The position numbers and the translations under genes are program-made. Below are positions 27,832 through 37,968 of a stretch of DNA of 64,000 nt, in pieces (the first letter of the stretch is position 1; the number at the start of each line of letters is the position of its first letter). The DNA lies in assembly GCA_020638675.1 (NCBI GenBank), contig JACKID010000001.1, forward strand, positions 2,051,261 through 2,115,260. Direction: 5' to 3'. The notes beneath the pieces were generated by a model. It was not told where the DNA came from. It did no database searches and saw only the letters and a program-made list of their open reading frames with translations. The DNA is from Planctomycetota bacterium. GTDB lineage: Bacteria > Planctomycetota > UBA8742 > UBA2392.

Positions 27832-27908
27832 GGACGTGTAGCTCAATTGGTTAGAGCATCTGCTTTACACGCAGAGGGTCGGGGGTTCGAGTCCCTCCAC
27901 GTCCACCA
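27832..27908 (+). tRNA. tRNA-Val (anticodon TAC)
   Basis: Manual cloverleaf: acceptor GGACGTG/CACGTCC, D-arm GCTC...GAGC, anticodon stem TCTGC/GCAGA with loop TTTACAC (anticodon TAC), T-arm GGGGG TTCGAGT CCCTC, discriminator A, encoded CCA. Confidence 0.85.
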
Positions 27909-27911
27909 ACG

Positions 27912-27945
27912 AATCGGCGGCCGCATGGCCGCCGATTTGTTGGTT
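27912..27945. terminator. Bidirectional rho-independent terminator (tRNA-Val on + strand, DUF2277-like gene on - strand)
   Basis: Near-perfect 11-bp stem aatcggcggcc gcat ggccgccgatt followed by tgttggttt. Confidence 0.6.
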
Positions 27946-27965
27946 TGCCGGCGATCCTGGCTGAT

Positions 27966-28232
27966 CTAGCCAAAGCGTTTCCTTGCACGTTCCCTGGCCT
28001 TGGCGGCCTCGTCTTCCCGGTTCTTTGGCTCGGCGTTGGTTTCCAGCGACTCGATCAGCCTGCGGGCAGCGTCCGCTACCTCAAGCACGCCCGCGTTGAA
28101 TGCCTCTTCGTTTGCCTGGCTGGGTTTCGTAAAGCCGCTGATTTTGCGCACGAACTGCAGCGCCGCGGCCTGGATCTCCGCCTCAGTGGCCGGCGGCTCG
28201 AAGTTGAACAGCGTTCGTATGTTCCTGCACAT
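27966..28232 (-). CDS. Conserved small protein (DUF2277-like)
   Basis: 88 aa; the N-terminus MCRNIRTLFNFEPPATEAEIQAAALQFVRKISG resembles the conserved DUF2277 family; charged C-terminal tail. Ends just before the convergent terminator. Confidence 0.55.
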   Translation of the reverse strand: MCRNIRTLFNFEPPATEAEIQAAALQFVRKISGFTKPSQANEEAFNAGVLEVADAARRLIESLETNAEPKNREDEAAKARERARKRFG

Positions 28233-28274
28233 GGATCACCTCCGGCTTGCTTATACATCGTCGCGACGAGTGGT

Positions 28275-29138
28275 ATGGTCGCCTGCATGACCGACAGCGA
28301 TACAAAACCGCGGCGCATGCGTACCGTCCGGGACAAGCTGCTGCTCGTCGCGCTGGCCGTGCTGATTGTCGCCCCGTTCGCCGTCTATTTCGCCGTCTCC
28401 GGCGATTCGAAAGACGTCTGCGAGTCGGCCGAGGACCTCAGGAAAATGGCCGACGACGAGCCGCTGGTGGTCACCCGCGCACTAAAGGACGACGACCTGG
28501 CAGAGCTCGACCGCTTCACAAACCTGCAGGATCTGCAGCTGCACTACAGCGACATCACGGACGCCGGCGTGCCGCACATCGCCCGACATTCGGAGATGAA
28601 GCGGCTGGTGCTACACGCGACCAAGCTTACGGACACGGGCGCACGCCGGCTTGCCGGCCTCACCGGGCTGGAAGAGCTGGTGTTGATCGGGTGCATTGGC
28701 GTGACGTCAGACGGGCTGAAGTTCCTGCCTGACATGCCCAAACTGAAACAACTGGTTCTGCACCAGTTACCGGAAGTCGACGACGGAATCGGCGAAACCG
28801 TAGCCCAGTGTCATGCGCTCGAAAGCCTTGAATTCGAGGTGATGCGCGGAATCACCAACAAAACCGTGTTCGCGATCGCGAGTCTGACGCAACTGAGGGT
28901 GCTGGTGCTCGACCTTTGCCCAAACGTTACGGACGAGGCAATCGTTGCCGTAGCCGCGATGGAGGGGCTGGAAACGCTGTCGCTCGAGGGCGCGGACGAA
29001 ATGACCGACGCCTCCCTGCCCGGGCTGCAGCGCCTGAAGAAGCTGAAGAAACTGAACCTGCCCGTCAGGGCGAAGCTTTCGAAAGCGGCCATCGACAACC
29101 TGAAGGCCGCTCTGCCCGACTGCCAATTCAACCGCTGA
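28275..29138 (+). CDS. Membrane-anchored leucine-rich repeat (LRR) protein
   Basis: Start at Met111 of ORF 27945..29138 (the upstream part overlaps the DUF2277-like gene on the other strand). N-terminal TM helix (LLLVALAVLIVAPFAVYFAV), then repeated L..L..L.L..C..ITD-type LRR units (LQDLQLHYSDITDAGV, LEELVLIGCIGVTSDGL, LRVLVLDLCPNVTDEAI). Confidence 0.65.
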   Translation: MVACMTDSDTKPRRMRTVRDKLLLVALAVLIVAPFAVYFAVSGDSKDVCESAEDLRKMADDEPLVVTRALKDDDLAELDRFTNLQDLQLHYSDITDAGVPHIARHSEMKRLVLHATKLTDTGARRLAGLTGLEELVLIGCIGVTSDGLKFLPDMPKLKQLVLHQLPEVDDGIGETVAQCHALESLEFEVMRGITNKTVFAIASLTQLRVLVLDLCPNVTDEAIVAVAAMEGLETLSLEGADEMTDASLPGLQRLKKLKKLNLPVRAKLSKAAIDNLKAALPDCQFNR

Positions 29139-29145
29139 GGAAACC

Positions 29146-29799
29146 ATGCCGGACGACGACTGCATCATTACGCGACGACACTACAACTACATCGCCGAGC
29201 ACACGCGCGGTGACGACGACTTCCTGATCGAGTTGAAGAAGGCGGCCGAGGCTGCGGATATCCCCAGGATCTGGATCTCACCGGCGCAGGCCAGCCTGAT
29301 GCAGGTGATCCTGAAGCTGCACGGCGCCAAACAGGTCATCGAAGTAGGCACGCTGGCCGGATACAGCGCAATCAGCATGGCCCGTGCACTGCCTGCCGGC
29401 GGGCGGGTGCGCACCATTGAATTGGAGCCGAAGCACGCCGACTTCGCGGAAGACTGGATCGCCAGGTCGGACGTTGCAGACAAAGTTGTCGTGCTGCGCG
29501 GAGCGGGCGTGGACGTACTGAAAACCATTGAGACCGGCAGCGCCGATGCCTGTTTCCTCGATGCCGACAAGGCCAACTACCCGAAGTACCTCGACGAATG
29601 CCTGCGCATCCTCCCGGTCGGCGGCTTGATCATGGCAGATAACGCCTTCGCATTCGGTCGCCTGTTTGAGGAAGCGGACGACGAGTCCGGCGTTGCGGCC
29701 GTGCGTCGCTTCAACGACTACATGGCCGCTGAAAAGCGCGTGCATGCTGTCATGGTGGGAATCGGCGACGGCTGCTGGGTGGGAGTCAAGGAAGCTTGA
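29146..29799 (+). CDS. Class I SAM-dependent O-methyltransferase (caffeoyl-CoA OMT-like family 3)
   Basis: 217 aa; motif I VIEVGTLAGYSAI and the divalent-cation-site pattern FLDADKANY typical of O-methyltransferase family 3. Confidence 0.8.
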   Translation: MPDDDCIITRRHYNYIAEHTRGDDDFLIELKKAAEAADIPRIWISPAQASLMQVILKLHGAKQVIEVGTLAGYSAISMARALPAGGRVRTIELEPKHADFAEDWIARSDVADKVVVLRGAGVDVLKTIETGSADACFLDADKANYPKYLDECLRILPVGGLIMADNAFAFGRLFEEADDESGVAAVRRFNDYMAAEKRVHAVMVGIGDGCWVGVKEA

Positions 29800-30380
29800 A
29801 GCCACTGCCGCAGGAATGGTACTTCCGAAACGTCGTCGAAGTCGCTCGCGACCTTCTCGGTCGACACATTCGGCGCGGCGGCGTCACCGTACGCATTACC
29901 GAGGTCGAGGCATATTGCGGCCCAGGCGACAGCGCGGCTCACACAAGCAAGGGACGCACGCCGCGCACCGCGCCGATGTGGGGCGACGGAGGCCACGCCT
30001 ACGTCTACCTCTGCTACGGACTGCACAACATGCTGAACATCGTAACGGGGCACGGTGAGGGAACGGCCGTGCTGATCCGGGGCGCCGAGCCGGTGGTGGG
30101 GGAGGCTGTGATCCGCAAACGCCGCGGCGGCAAGACCGGCACGGTCCTGCTTACAGGCCCCGGCAAGCTGGGGCAGGCGCTGGACCTGACGACAGAGTGG
30201 TCAGGCCATGCGCTGTTCGAGAGCGGCGGGCTGGAGATGCTGGAAGGCAAACCCGCCACCCGGATTATCGCCGGGCCGCGCGTCGGTATCGACTTCGCAC
30301 GCCCCAAAGACATCCGCGCCCGCCTGAGATTCGCGGACGCGGACAGCGATTGGGTTACGCACAAAGGCAAGCTGCGCTGA
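29796..30380 (+). CDS. mpg: DNA-3-methyladenine glycosylase (Mpg/AAG family)
   Basis: 194 aa; Mpg family signature (GRHIRRGGVTVRITEVEAY, HAYVYLCYGLHNMLNIVTG, LTGPGKLGQALDLT). Confidence 0.85.
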   Translation: MKPLPQEWYFRNVVEVARDLLGRHIRRGGVTVRITEVEAYCGPGDSAAHTSKGRTPRTAPMWGDGGHAYVYLCYGLHNMLNIVTGHGEGTAVLIRGAEPVVGEAVIRKRRGGKTGTVLLTGPGKLGQALDLTTEWSGHALFESGGLEMLEGKPATRIIAGPRVGIDFARPKDIRARLRFADADSDWVTHKGKLR

Positions 30381-30381
30381 G

Positions 30382-31098
30382 TTACTTCTTCTCGCCCTTG
30401 TCCGGCTGATCGCCCTCGGCAGGCTTTTCGGGCTTGTCTTCGGTCTTGTCAGCCTTGCCGTATTCGACTTTGAGCGCCGCCTCGATCTCCTTGCGCAGGT
30501 CCGCATCCTCCGGCGTGACCTTGCTGGCGTAGAACTTGATCACCTTGCCGTCCTTGCCGACGAGGTACTTGCAGAAGTTCCAGCTGGGCAGTTCTTCGGA
30601 TTGTTTCTTCAGGTTGGCGTAGATCGGCGACTGGCCGTCGCCTTCCTTGGTCTGGACTTTCTCAAACAGCGGGAAGGTGACTTCGTACTTGTCGGTGCAG
30701 AACTTGCGAATCTCTTCGGGTGTGCCCGGCTCCTGTCCGCGGAAGTCGTTGCTGGGGAAGCCGAGAATCACGAAGCCCTTGTCCTTCAGGTCTTCGTACA
30801 GCTTCTCCAAGCCGGTGTATTGCGGCGTGTAGCCGCACTTGCTGGCGACGTTAACCACGAGCGTTACTTTGCCCTGGTAGTCTTTCAGGTCTGCGTCTTC
30901 GCCCTCGAGCGTCTTGGTCTTCAGGCGATAGAGGGAGTCCTCAGGCAACTCTGCTTCTTGCTTGTCGCTGGAGTTGTCGTCTGACTTGGCAACCTTTCCG
31001 TCGTCATCCTTGGCGGGCTTGTCGTCCTGCGCGACGACTCCAAGGGTCGGCAGGGCCAGCAGCGTGAGCAGCGCCGCGAACTGCATCATTCGGTTCAT
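30382..31098 (-). CDS. Glutathione peroxidase, secreted form with charged N- and C-terminal extensions
   Basis: 238 aa; signal peptide; GPx core (LVVNVASKCGYTPQY, LGFPSNDFRGQEPG, WNFCKYLVGKDGKVI) flanked by K/D/E-rich tails. Confidence 0.85.
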   Translation of the reverse strand: MNRMMQFAALLTLLALPTLGVVAQDDKPAKDDDGKVAKSDDNSSDKQEAELPEDSLYRLKTKTLEGEDADLKDYQGKVTLVVNVASKCGYTPQYTGLEKLYEDLKDKGFVILGFPSNDFRGQEPGTPEEIRKFCTDKYEVTFPLFEKVQTKEGDGQSPIYANLKKQSEELPSWNFCKYLVGKDGKVIKFYASKVTPEDADLRKEIEAALKVEYGKADKTEDKPEKPAEGDQPDKGEKK

Positions 31099-31115
31099 GA
31101 CGAGTCTCCGGTTTC

Positions 31116-31601
31116 TCAGGCACTCAGCGCGTCGTTGATGTCAGTCAGCAGTTGCGAATCATCGGGCTTCGTCGGCGGTGCATAGCGCTTGATAACCTGG
31201 CCATCCTTGCCGACGAGGTACTTCGTAAAGTTCCAGTCCGGCTCGTCCTGGTCGGACGTCAGGAACTGATACACCGGGTGCTTGCCGTCGCCCTTCACTT
31301 CGACCTTCTCGAACATCGGGAAGTCGACGTGGAACTTCGTTGTGCAGAACTCACGAATCTGCTCTGCCGACCCGGGCTCTTGCGCGCCGAACTGATTGCA
31401 CGGAAAGCCGAGCACGTTGAAGCCCTTGCCGGACAGCTCAGACTGCAGCTTCTGCAAACCCTCATAGTGCGGCGTAAGCCCGCAGGCGCTGGCCACGTTC
31501 ACGACAAGACTGACATTGCCCTTGTATTGCGACAGGTCGGCCGGCTTGCCCTCGAGCGTCTTTGTCTTCAGGTCGTACAGCGATGCCATGACTTCTCCCA
31601 T
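31116..31601 (-). CDS. Glutathione peroxidase (cytoplasmic)
   Basis: 161 aa; GPx core (LVVNVASACGLTPHY, LGFPCNQFGAQEPG, WNFTKYLVGKDGQVI). Confidence 0.9.
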   Translation of the reverse strand: MGEVMASLYDLKTKTLEGKPADLSQYKGNVSLVVNVASACGLTPHYEGLQKLQSELSGKGFNVLGFPCNQFGAQEPGSAEQIREFCTTKFHVDFPMFEKVEVKGDGKHPVYQFLTSDQDEPDWNFTKYLVGKDGQVIKRYAPPTKPDDSQLLTDINDALSA

Positions 31602-31710
31602 TTCCCCTGATTCCCGGCGCAGCTTAGCGAGCTAACACGCGTCTGTGCGGGGCTGTTCCATTGAAAGTGGATTGGTAACGTAGCCGGCAGCACCGGCACG
31701 GAAGGCCCAC

Positions 31711-32232
31711 ATGCCGCACCGACTCGCAGTTTACCCCGGCACGTTCGACCCGGTCAGCAACGGCCACATCGACGTCATTGAACGCGGCTCGCAGTTGTTT
31801 GAGCAACTCGTGGTTGCATGCGCGGTAAACATCTCAAAGCAGCCGCTCTTCTCGCTGGAAGAGCGCATGGAAATGCTGCGTGAGTGCACGGCCGACTTCA
31901 CCAACGTCCGTATCGAGAGCTTTTCCGGCATGGTGGTGGACTACGTCCGCAGCCTGAGCGGCAAGGTCATCCTGCGCGGACTTCGCACCTTCAGCGACTA
32001 CGAGAACGAGGTGCAGATGGCCTACGCCAACCGCACGTTCGCGCCGGACATCGAAACGGTGTTCGTCTGCGCGAGTCTTGAGGAAAGCTTCATTTCTTCC
32101 AGGCTCATCCGTGAAGCCGCAGCGCTGGATGGTGACATCTCGCGCTTCGTGCCCGAAGGCGTCGCCAAACGGCTGCGCAGCAAGGCTTCAGCACTCAAGG
32201 GCGAAGTCAAGAAACACAGCGAAGGACGCTGA
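31711..32232 (+). CDS. coaD: Phosphopantetheine adenylyltransferase
   Basis: 173 aa; YPGTFDPVSNGHIDV (T/HxGH nucleotidyltransferase motif) and the CoaD core. Confidence 0.9.
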   Translation: MPHRLAVYPGTFDPVSNGHIDVIERGSQLFEQLVVACAVNISKQPLFSLEERMEMLRECTADFTNVRIESFSGMVVDYVRSLSGKVILRGLRTFSDYENEVQMAYANRTFAPDIETVFVCASLEESFISSRLIREAAALDGDISRFVPEGVAKRLRSKASALKGEVKKHSEGR

Positions 32233-32298
32233 TTTTTGCGCCTTGCGCCTCCGATGATGCATCCGCACAATGCCGCCGCCTTACCGGAGACGTAATCG

Positions 32299-33462
<1,164 letters not shown>

Positions 33463-33585
33463 GCGCGTGAGCGCCGGGCGCTTACCTTGACTATCGGGGG
33501 TGCCGGACTAGTCTGGTCCGGCCTTCCGCGGGCGCGGTAGCCGTGTCATTTGGGCATTTAACTCGATTCAGGTCGGAAGAACTCA

Positions 33586-34770
33586 GTGGACGTCTTCGCC
33601 AAGTGCTTCGAATTCACGCGCGACCTTGAAGTTCAGGCGGCGGGGCTATACCCCTTCTTCAAGACGATTGAGGGTAACCACGGCTCGCGGGTAGTGATCG
33701 ATGGCCGCGAAGTCGTCATGGCCGGGTCCAACAACTACCTGGGCCTGACGCGTCACCCGCGCGTAGTCGAAGCTGCCGTCAAGGCAACCAAAGAGTTCGG
33801 CACGTCCTGCAGCGGATCTCGCTACGCCAATGGCACTTATGTAATCCACGTCGAGCTTGAGGAAAAGCTCGCGGATTACATGGACAAGCCCAAGGCCCTC
33901 TGTTTCACGACGGGCTACACGACCAACATGGGCGCGATCAGCGTGCTGGCCGGGCGTCGCGACATCATTTACAGCGACCGCGAAAACCACAGCTGCATCA
34001 TGGACGCAACGCAGCTCACGTTCGCGGAAACCAAGAAGTACAAGCACGACGACATCGAAGACCTCGCCCGCATCCTGGAAAACTCACCTGCGGACGCGGG
34101 CAAGCTGATCGTTTCTGACGGCGTGTTCAGCATGAAGGGCACCATCTGCCGCCTGCCGGAGATGGTTGAACTCAAGAAGAAGTACGGCGCCCGCATCTTC
34201 GTTGACGACGCGCACGGCGTGGGCGTTGTCGGCCCCACAGGCCGCGGTACGGCCGAGCATTATGGCCTCGATAAAGACGTCGACGTGGTGATGGGCACGT
34301 TTAGCAAGAGCTTTGCCGGCCTCGGCGGCTTCATCGCCGGCGAGGAACGCGTCATCAACTACGTGAAGCACCACGCACGCCAGTTGATCTTCGCGGCCAG
34401 CATGACGCCCGCCAGCGTCGCGGCCGTGAGTACCGCGCTGGACATGATCCGCAGCGAGCCGCAGCACCTTGAGAACCTGCGCAAGGTGATCTCGAGTGTT
34501 CGCGCGGAATTCCGCCGCATCGGCTACCCGGTCGACGACCAGCCGACGCCGATCGTCTACGTGAAGGTGGGCGAAGACATCGAAGCGTTCCAGTTCTGGA
34601 AAGAGCTGCTTGAGATGGGCGTCTACACCAACCCGGTCATCACGCCGGGCGTGCCCCAAGGCCAGAGCGGCGTACGCGCCAGCTTCATGGCAATCCACAC
34701 TGAAAGCGACCTCGCGCGCATCATCGACGCGTTCGAGAAGCTCGGCAAGAAGTACGGGCTGCTGAAGTAG
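33586..34770 (+). CDS. Alpha-oxoamine synthase family PLP enzyme (serine palmitoyltransferase/BioF/KBL-like; SPT-like by motif)
   Basis: 394 aa (GTG start per ORF track); PLP-lysine motif GTFSKSFAGLGGFIAG resembles SPT (GTFTKSFG) more than BioF or KBL; fold-type I aminotransferase throughout. Confidence 0.75.
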   Translation: MDVFAKCFEFTRDLEVQAAGLYPFFKTIEGNHGSRVVIDGREVVMAGSNNYLGLTRHPRVVEAAVKATKEFGTSCSGSRYANGTYVIHVELEEKLADYMDKPKALCFTTGYTTNMGAISVLAGRRDIIYSDRENHSCIMDATQLTFAETKKYKHDDIEDLARILENSPADAGKLIVSDGVFSMKGTICRLPEMVELKKKYGARIFVDDAHGVGVVGPTGRGTAEHYGLDKDVDVVMGTFSKSFAGLGGFIAGEERVINYVKHHARQLIFAASMTPASVAAVSTALDMIRSEPQHLENLRKVISSVRAEFRRIGYPVDDQPTPIVYVKVGEDIEAFQFWKELLEMGVYTNPVITPGVPQGQSGVRASFMAIHTESDLARIIDAFEKLGKKYGLLK

Positions 34771-34776
34771 CGATCC

Positions 34777-35226
34777 ATGAAACTTACCAGCTACACAATC
34801 GAGCGCGGCTACCCGGTACCGCCGGAGCGCCTGTACGCAGGCTTCACCGAGCCCGATCTGCTGAAGCAATGGATCTGGGGCCCCGGCGCCAAAGACGTGC
34901 GCGTTGAGTGCGATCTGCAGATCAACGGCACATTCAACATCAGCATGGACGGCGGCGACTCACGCTGGGGAATGCGCGGCATGTACCTGGAGATTCAGCC
35001 GGGCCGCAAGCTGATCCACACGCTGCACTGGGACGCAGACGTCGGCTACAACGGCGAGGGTAAGCATCCGATTGACGAAGTCATCGTCGTCAACATCAAG
35101 CCCTACGCCGACGGCAGTGCCCTTGAATACCTGCACATGGGCATCCCCGACGACGGCCGGTCAGCCGCTGAGCACGAACGCAGCGTACGGGCTACGCTGG
35201 ACCTGCTTGAGAAGGTCCTTGCCTGA
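34777..35226 (+). CDS. SRPBCC-fold protein (AHSA1/activator-of-Hsp90-ATPase-homolog-like)
   Basis: 149 aa; pattern typical of the AHSA1/START-like family (ERGYPVPPERLYAGFTEPDLLKQW). Confidence 0.6.
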   Translation: MKLTSYTIERGYPVPPERLYAGFTEPDLLKQWIWGPGAKDVRVECDLQINGTFNISMDGGDSRWGMRGMYLEIQPGRKLIHTLHWDADVGYNGEGKHPIDEVIVVNIKPYADGSALEYLHMGIPDDGRSAAEHERSVRATLDLLEKVLA

Positions 35227-36189
35227 CTACTTGTCATACCAGATCACGTCCGGCACCTGCCAGTCAGTCTGCTTGTCCATGTACTCTTCGTTCAGGTACT
35301 TGTCGGCGGCGTGTTCGTCGCCCTTCAGGTACTTGTCGAAGAATACGGTGGTCAGCGCTGCGATGATGATGTTGGCGCGCGCCTTCTTGCCCCAGTCGTT
35401 GGGCGCGTTCGTGAAATCCAGGTGGCCGACGTTCTGCAGCGCGATGAAGTACTTGTCGCCGCTCGGCATGTCGTCGTAGCTAGCCTTCTTCTCAAGCCAG
35501 CCGTCGTCCGTGCCCGTGATCTGCATGCACGGCACTTCGTAATGGTCAAAGCTGGTGTTGTCGAACCACGGGCTCGCGCCGCCTATGTCGCCGGCGGCCA
35601 TGGGCACTACCGCGTCCACCCGGTCATCGCGCAGGTTCTCGTGGTGGTCGTCGAAATTGACGTCCGTGCCGCCCATGAAGTGCGCGGTTGCGCCGCCGAA
35701 GCTATGGCCCGTCACGCCGATCTTGTCCATGTCGAACTTGCCGGCCAGCTTCGGGTCGGTCAGGTTCCACTGCTCTGCCATGTCCAGCACGAAGCTGATG
35801 TCGGCCGCGCGGTCACGCGCCTCGTTCTCGTTGTAGAGCGCCTCGGCCAGCTCAAAGGCGTTCAGACGCGAGCTGCTGCCCACGTGCTCCGGCACGATCA
35901 CGACGTAGCCGTGTCGGGCGAGGTGCTTGTCAAGGTAAGTATAGTGCGAACGGTCGCCGCCCAGCCCGTGCGACAGCACAACTACCGGGAACGGGCCGGC
36001 GTCGTCGCTCGGGTAGTAGACCGTGGTCGGGACGTCGCGGTCGCGCGCGTCGTCCTCCAGGTCGTCGAACTTGACCGACTTGATCTCATGCCCGCCGTCT
36101 GAGCCCGGGCCGCTTGCCGGCTTCTCGTTCTTGTCACAACCAGCAGCGAACAACACCAGCAGCGCCAGCGCGGCGTAGACCGTCTTCAT
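35227..36189 (-). CDS. Alpha/beta hydrolase lipoprotein (PAF-acetylhydrolase/chlorophyllase-like)
   Basis: 320 aa; lipobox LFAAGC; nucleophile elbow GHSFGG; catalytic Asp and His candidates downstream. Confidence 0.7.
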   Translation of the reverse strand: MKTVYAALALLVLFAAGCDKNEKPASGPGSDGGHEIKSVKFDDLEDDARDRDVPTTVYYPSDDAGPFPVVVLSHGLGGDRSHYTYLDKHLARHGYVVIVPEHVGSSSRLNAFELAEALYNENEARDRAADISFVLDMAEQWNLTDPKLAGKFDMDKIGVTGHSFGGATAHFMGGTDVNFDDHHENLRDDRVDAVVPMAAGDIGGASPWFDNTSFDHYEVPCMQITGTDDGWLEKKASYDDMPSGDKYFIALQNVGHLDFTNAPNDWGKKARANIIIAALTTVFFDKYLKGDEHAADKYLNEEYMDKQTDWQVPDVIWYDK

Positions 36190-36253
36190 GGGATGCCCCC
36201 GGAATTCGAGGTTGTGAGCGACGTCGGTTATTATGACTCGCCCGCGGCCGCTT

Positions 36254-36613
36254 TCACGGATTTACCGGATTTGCCCCGCCGCGGAACACGAAGAACGCGG
36301 CGGCAACAAGGCAAAGCGCCGCCCAGAAGTAGTCCATCTTCAGCGGCACCTTCAGGTAGAGGATCGCGAAGCCCGCGAACACGGTCATCGTGATCACCTC
36401 CTGCATCACCTTGAGCTGTCCAAGCGAATAGACCTTTGCACCCAGCCGATTGCCGGGCACCTGCAGGCAGTACTCAAAGAACGCGACGCCCCAGCTCGTG
36501 AGGATCACGATCCAGAGTGCCGAGTTCTTCTGGTCCTTCAGGTGCCCGTACCAGGCATACGTCATAAAGAGGTTGCTGCCGATCAGCAGCAACGGCGTGT
36601 AGAGCTTTTCCAT
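36254..36613 (-). CDS. DMT-superfamily small membrane protein (DUF486-like)
   Basis: 119 aa, 4 predicted TM helices; N-terminus MEKLYTPLLLIGSNLFMTYAWYGHLK resembles the DUF486 family. Confidence 0.55.
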   Translation of the reverse strand: MEKLYTPLLLIGSNLFMTYAWYGHLKDQKNSALWIVILTSWGVAFFEYCLQVPGNRLGAKVYSLGQLKVMQEVITMTVFAGFAILYLKVPLKMDYFWAALCLVAAAFFVFRGGANPVNP

Positions 36614-36673
36614 ATGGGGATGGGATCCGGGCAGAACGGTCGATCGACCAGGCTGTACCTACCAACTATCAAC

Positions 36674-37840
36674 TCAGATCACGTTCGCTTCTTCGTGCAG
36701 CCTGCTGGGGTCGCTGAACCGGGCGAGTTCCAGCGGCGTGATATCGACGCTGCTGGCCTTGCCGTCCAGTACCAGCTCAGCCGTGACGATGCCGGCCGCC
36801 GGCGCGTGCATCAGCCCGTGGCCGCTGAAGCCGGCGCAAACCCAGGCGCCTTGCAGGTGCCCAAGCTTGTCGATCACCGGATGGTGGTCCGGCGTGACCT
36901 CGTACAGCCCGGCCCACTTGTGCTTCGGCACCGCGTTCTCGAGCACCGGCGCGCGCTCCATGGCGGTCACCAGCATCTGCTCGCCGAAGTCTTCATTGAA
37001 GCTGTCGTTGAAGCCGGCCGATTCGCTGTGGTCGCTCATCCCGATCAGCACGCCGCCGGACTCGCGGTGGAAGTACAGCGTCGTTGACAGGTCAACAGTC
37101 ATCGGGAACGGGTCTTTGATGTCCTCGAATTTGTCCGTCACAATGATCTGGCGGCGGATCGGGTCGATCGGGACGTCAATGCCCGCCAGCGCGGCAACCT
37201 TGCGCGTCCACGCGCCGGTGCACAGCACAACGCGGCCCGTCTTCACCTCGCCCTGGTTTGTTTCAACCGCTACCACGCGCCGGTTGTTGTCATCCAGCTT
37301 GATGCCGGTGACCTCGACGTTGTTCTCGATGGTCGCGCCCGCCTTGCGTGCGGCCTTGGCAAAGCCTTGCGTGATGTCGCTGGGGTCGCCGAACCCGTCG
37401 CGTTGGTGGAAGGTCGCGCCCTGAACGCCGTCGGTGTTCACGTAGGGCAGGCGCTCGGCCACCTGTTCCGGCGACCACCACTCGACGTCCATGCCGAGGC
37501 GCTTCCACATCTCGAACGACTTCTTGAAGCTCGCCACCAACTCGTCGCTGGTCAGCAGGAAGCAGTAGCCCCATTGCCAGTACTGCAGCGGCTCGCCGAT
37601 CTCGGTTTGCCAGTTCTCGAAGGCCTTGATGGACAACAGGCTGAGCCGCGTGTTGACCTCGGTACTGAACTGCGCGCGGATGCCGCCCGCGCATTTGCCG
37701 GTGCTCTCCTGCCCGAGAAACTCGTCGCGCTCGAGCAGCAAAACCTTGCCCGCGCCGCGTTTTGCCAGGTGATAGGCGACTGACACGCCGATGCACCCGC
37801 CGCCGATCACTACGATGTCTGCACTGTGCTGCACGATCAC
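36674..37840 (-). CDS. FAD-dependent oxidoreductase (DAO family; sarcosine oxidase beta / glycine oxidase-like)
   Basis: 388 aa; N-terminal dinucleotide-binding motif VVIGGGCIGVSVAYHL; DAO-family core. Confidence 0.8.
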   Translation of the reverse strand: MIVQHSADIVVIGGGCIGVSVAYHLAKRGAGKVLLLERDEFLGQESTGKCAGGIRAQFSTEVNTRLSLLSIKAFENWQTEIGEPLQYWQWGYCFLLTSDELVASFKKSFEMWKRLGMDVEWWSPEQVAERLPYVNTDGVQGATFHQRDGFGDPSDITQGFAKAARKAGATIENNVEVTGIKLDDNNRRVVAVETNQGEVKTGRVVLCTGAWTRKVAALAGIDVPIDPIRRQIIVTDKFEDIKDPFPMTVDLSTTLYFHRESGGVLIGMSDHSESAGFNDSFNEDFGEQMLVTAMERAPVLENAVPKHKWAGLYEVTPDHHPVIDKLGHLQGAWVCAGFSGHGLMHAPAAGIVTAELVLDGKASSVDITPLELARFSDPSRLHEEANVI

Positions 37841-37968
37841 TCCTGCCCGTGTTGCAGGTGTCCCGCCTGCACGCTCGGACGGCAGCCCGAGCGAAGTTCA
37901 GAGACACTATTACCCATACCGTGATAACTCAACGGCGACGACGCTGCGGGCGAGACGCCCACAACACG

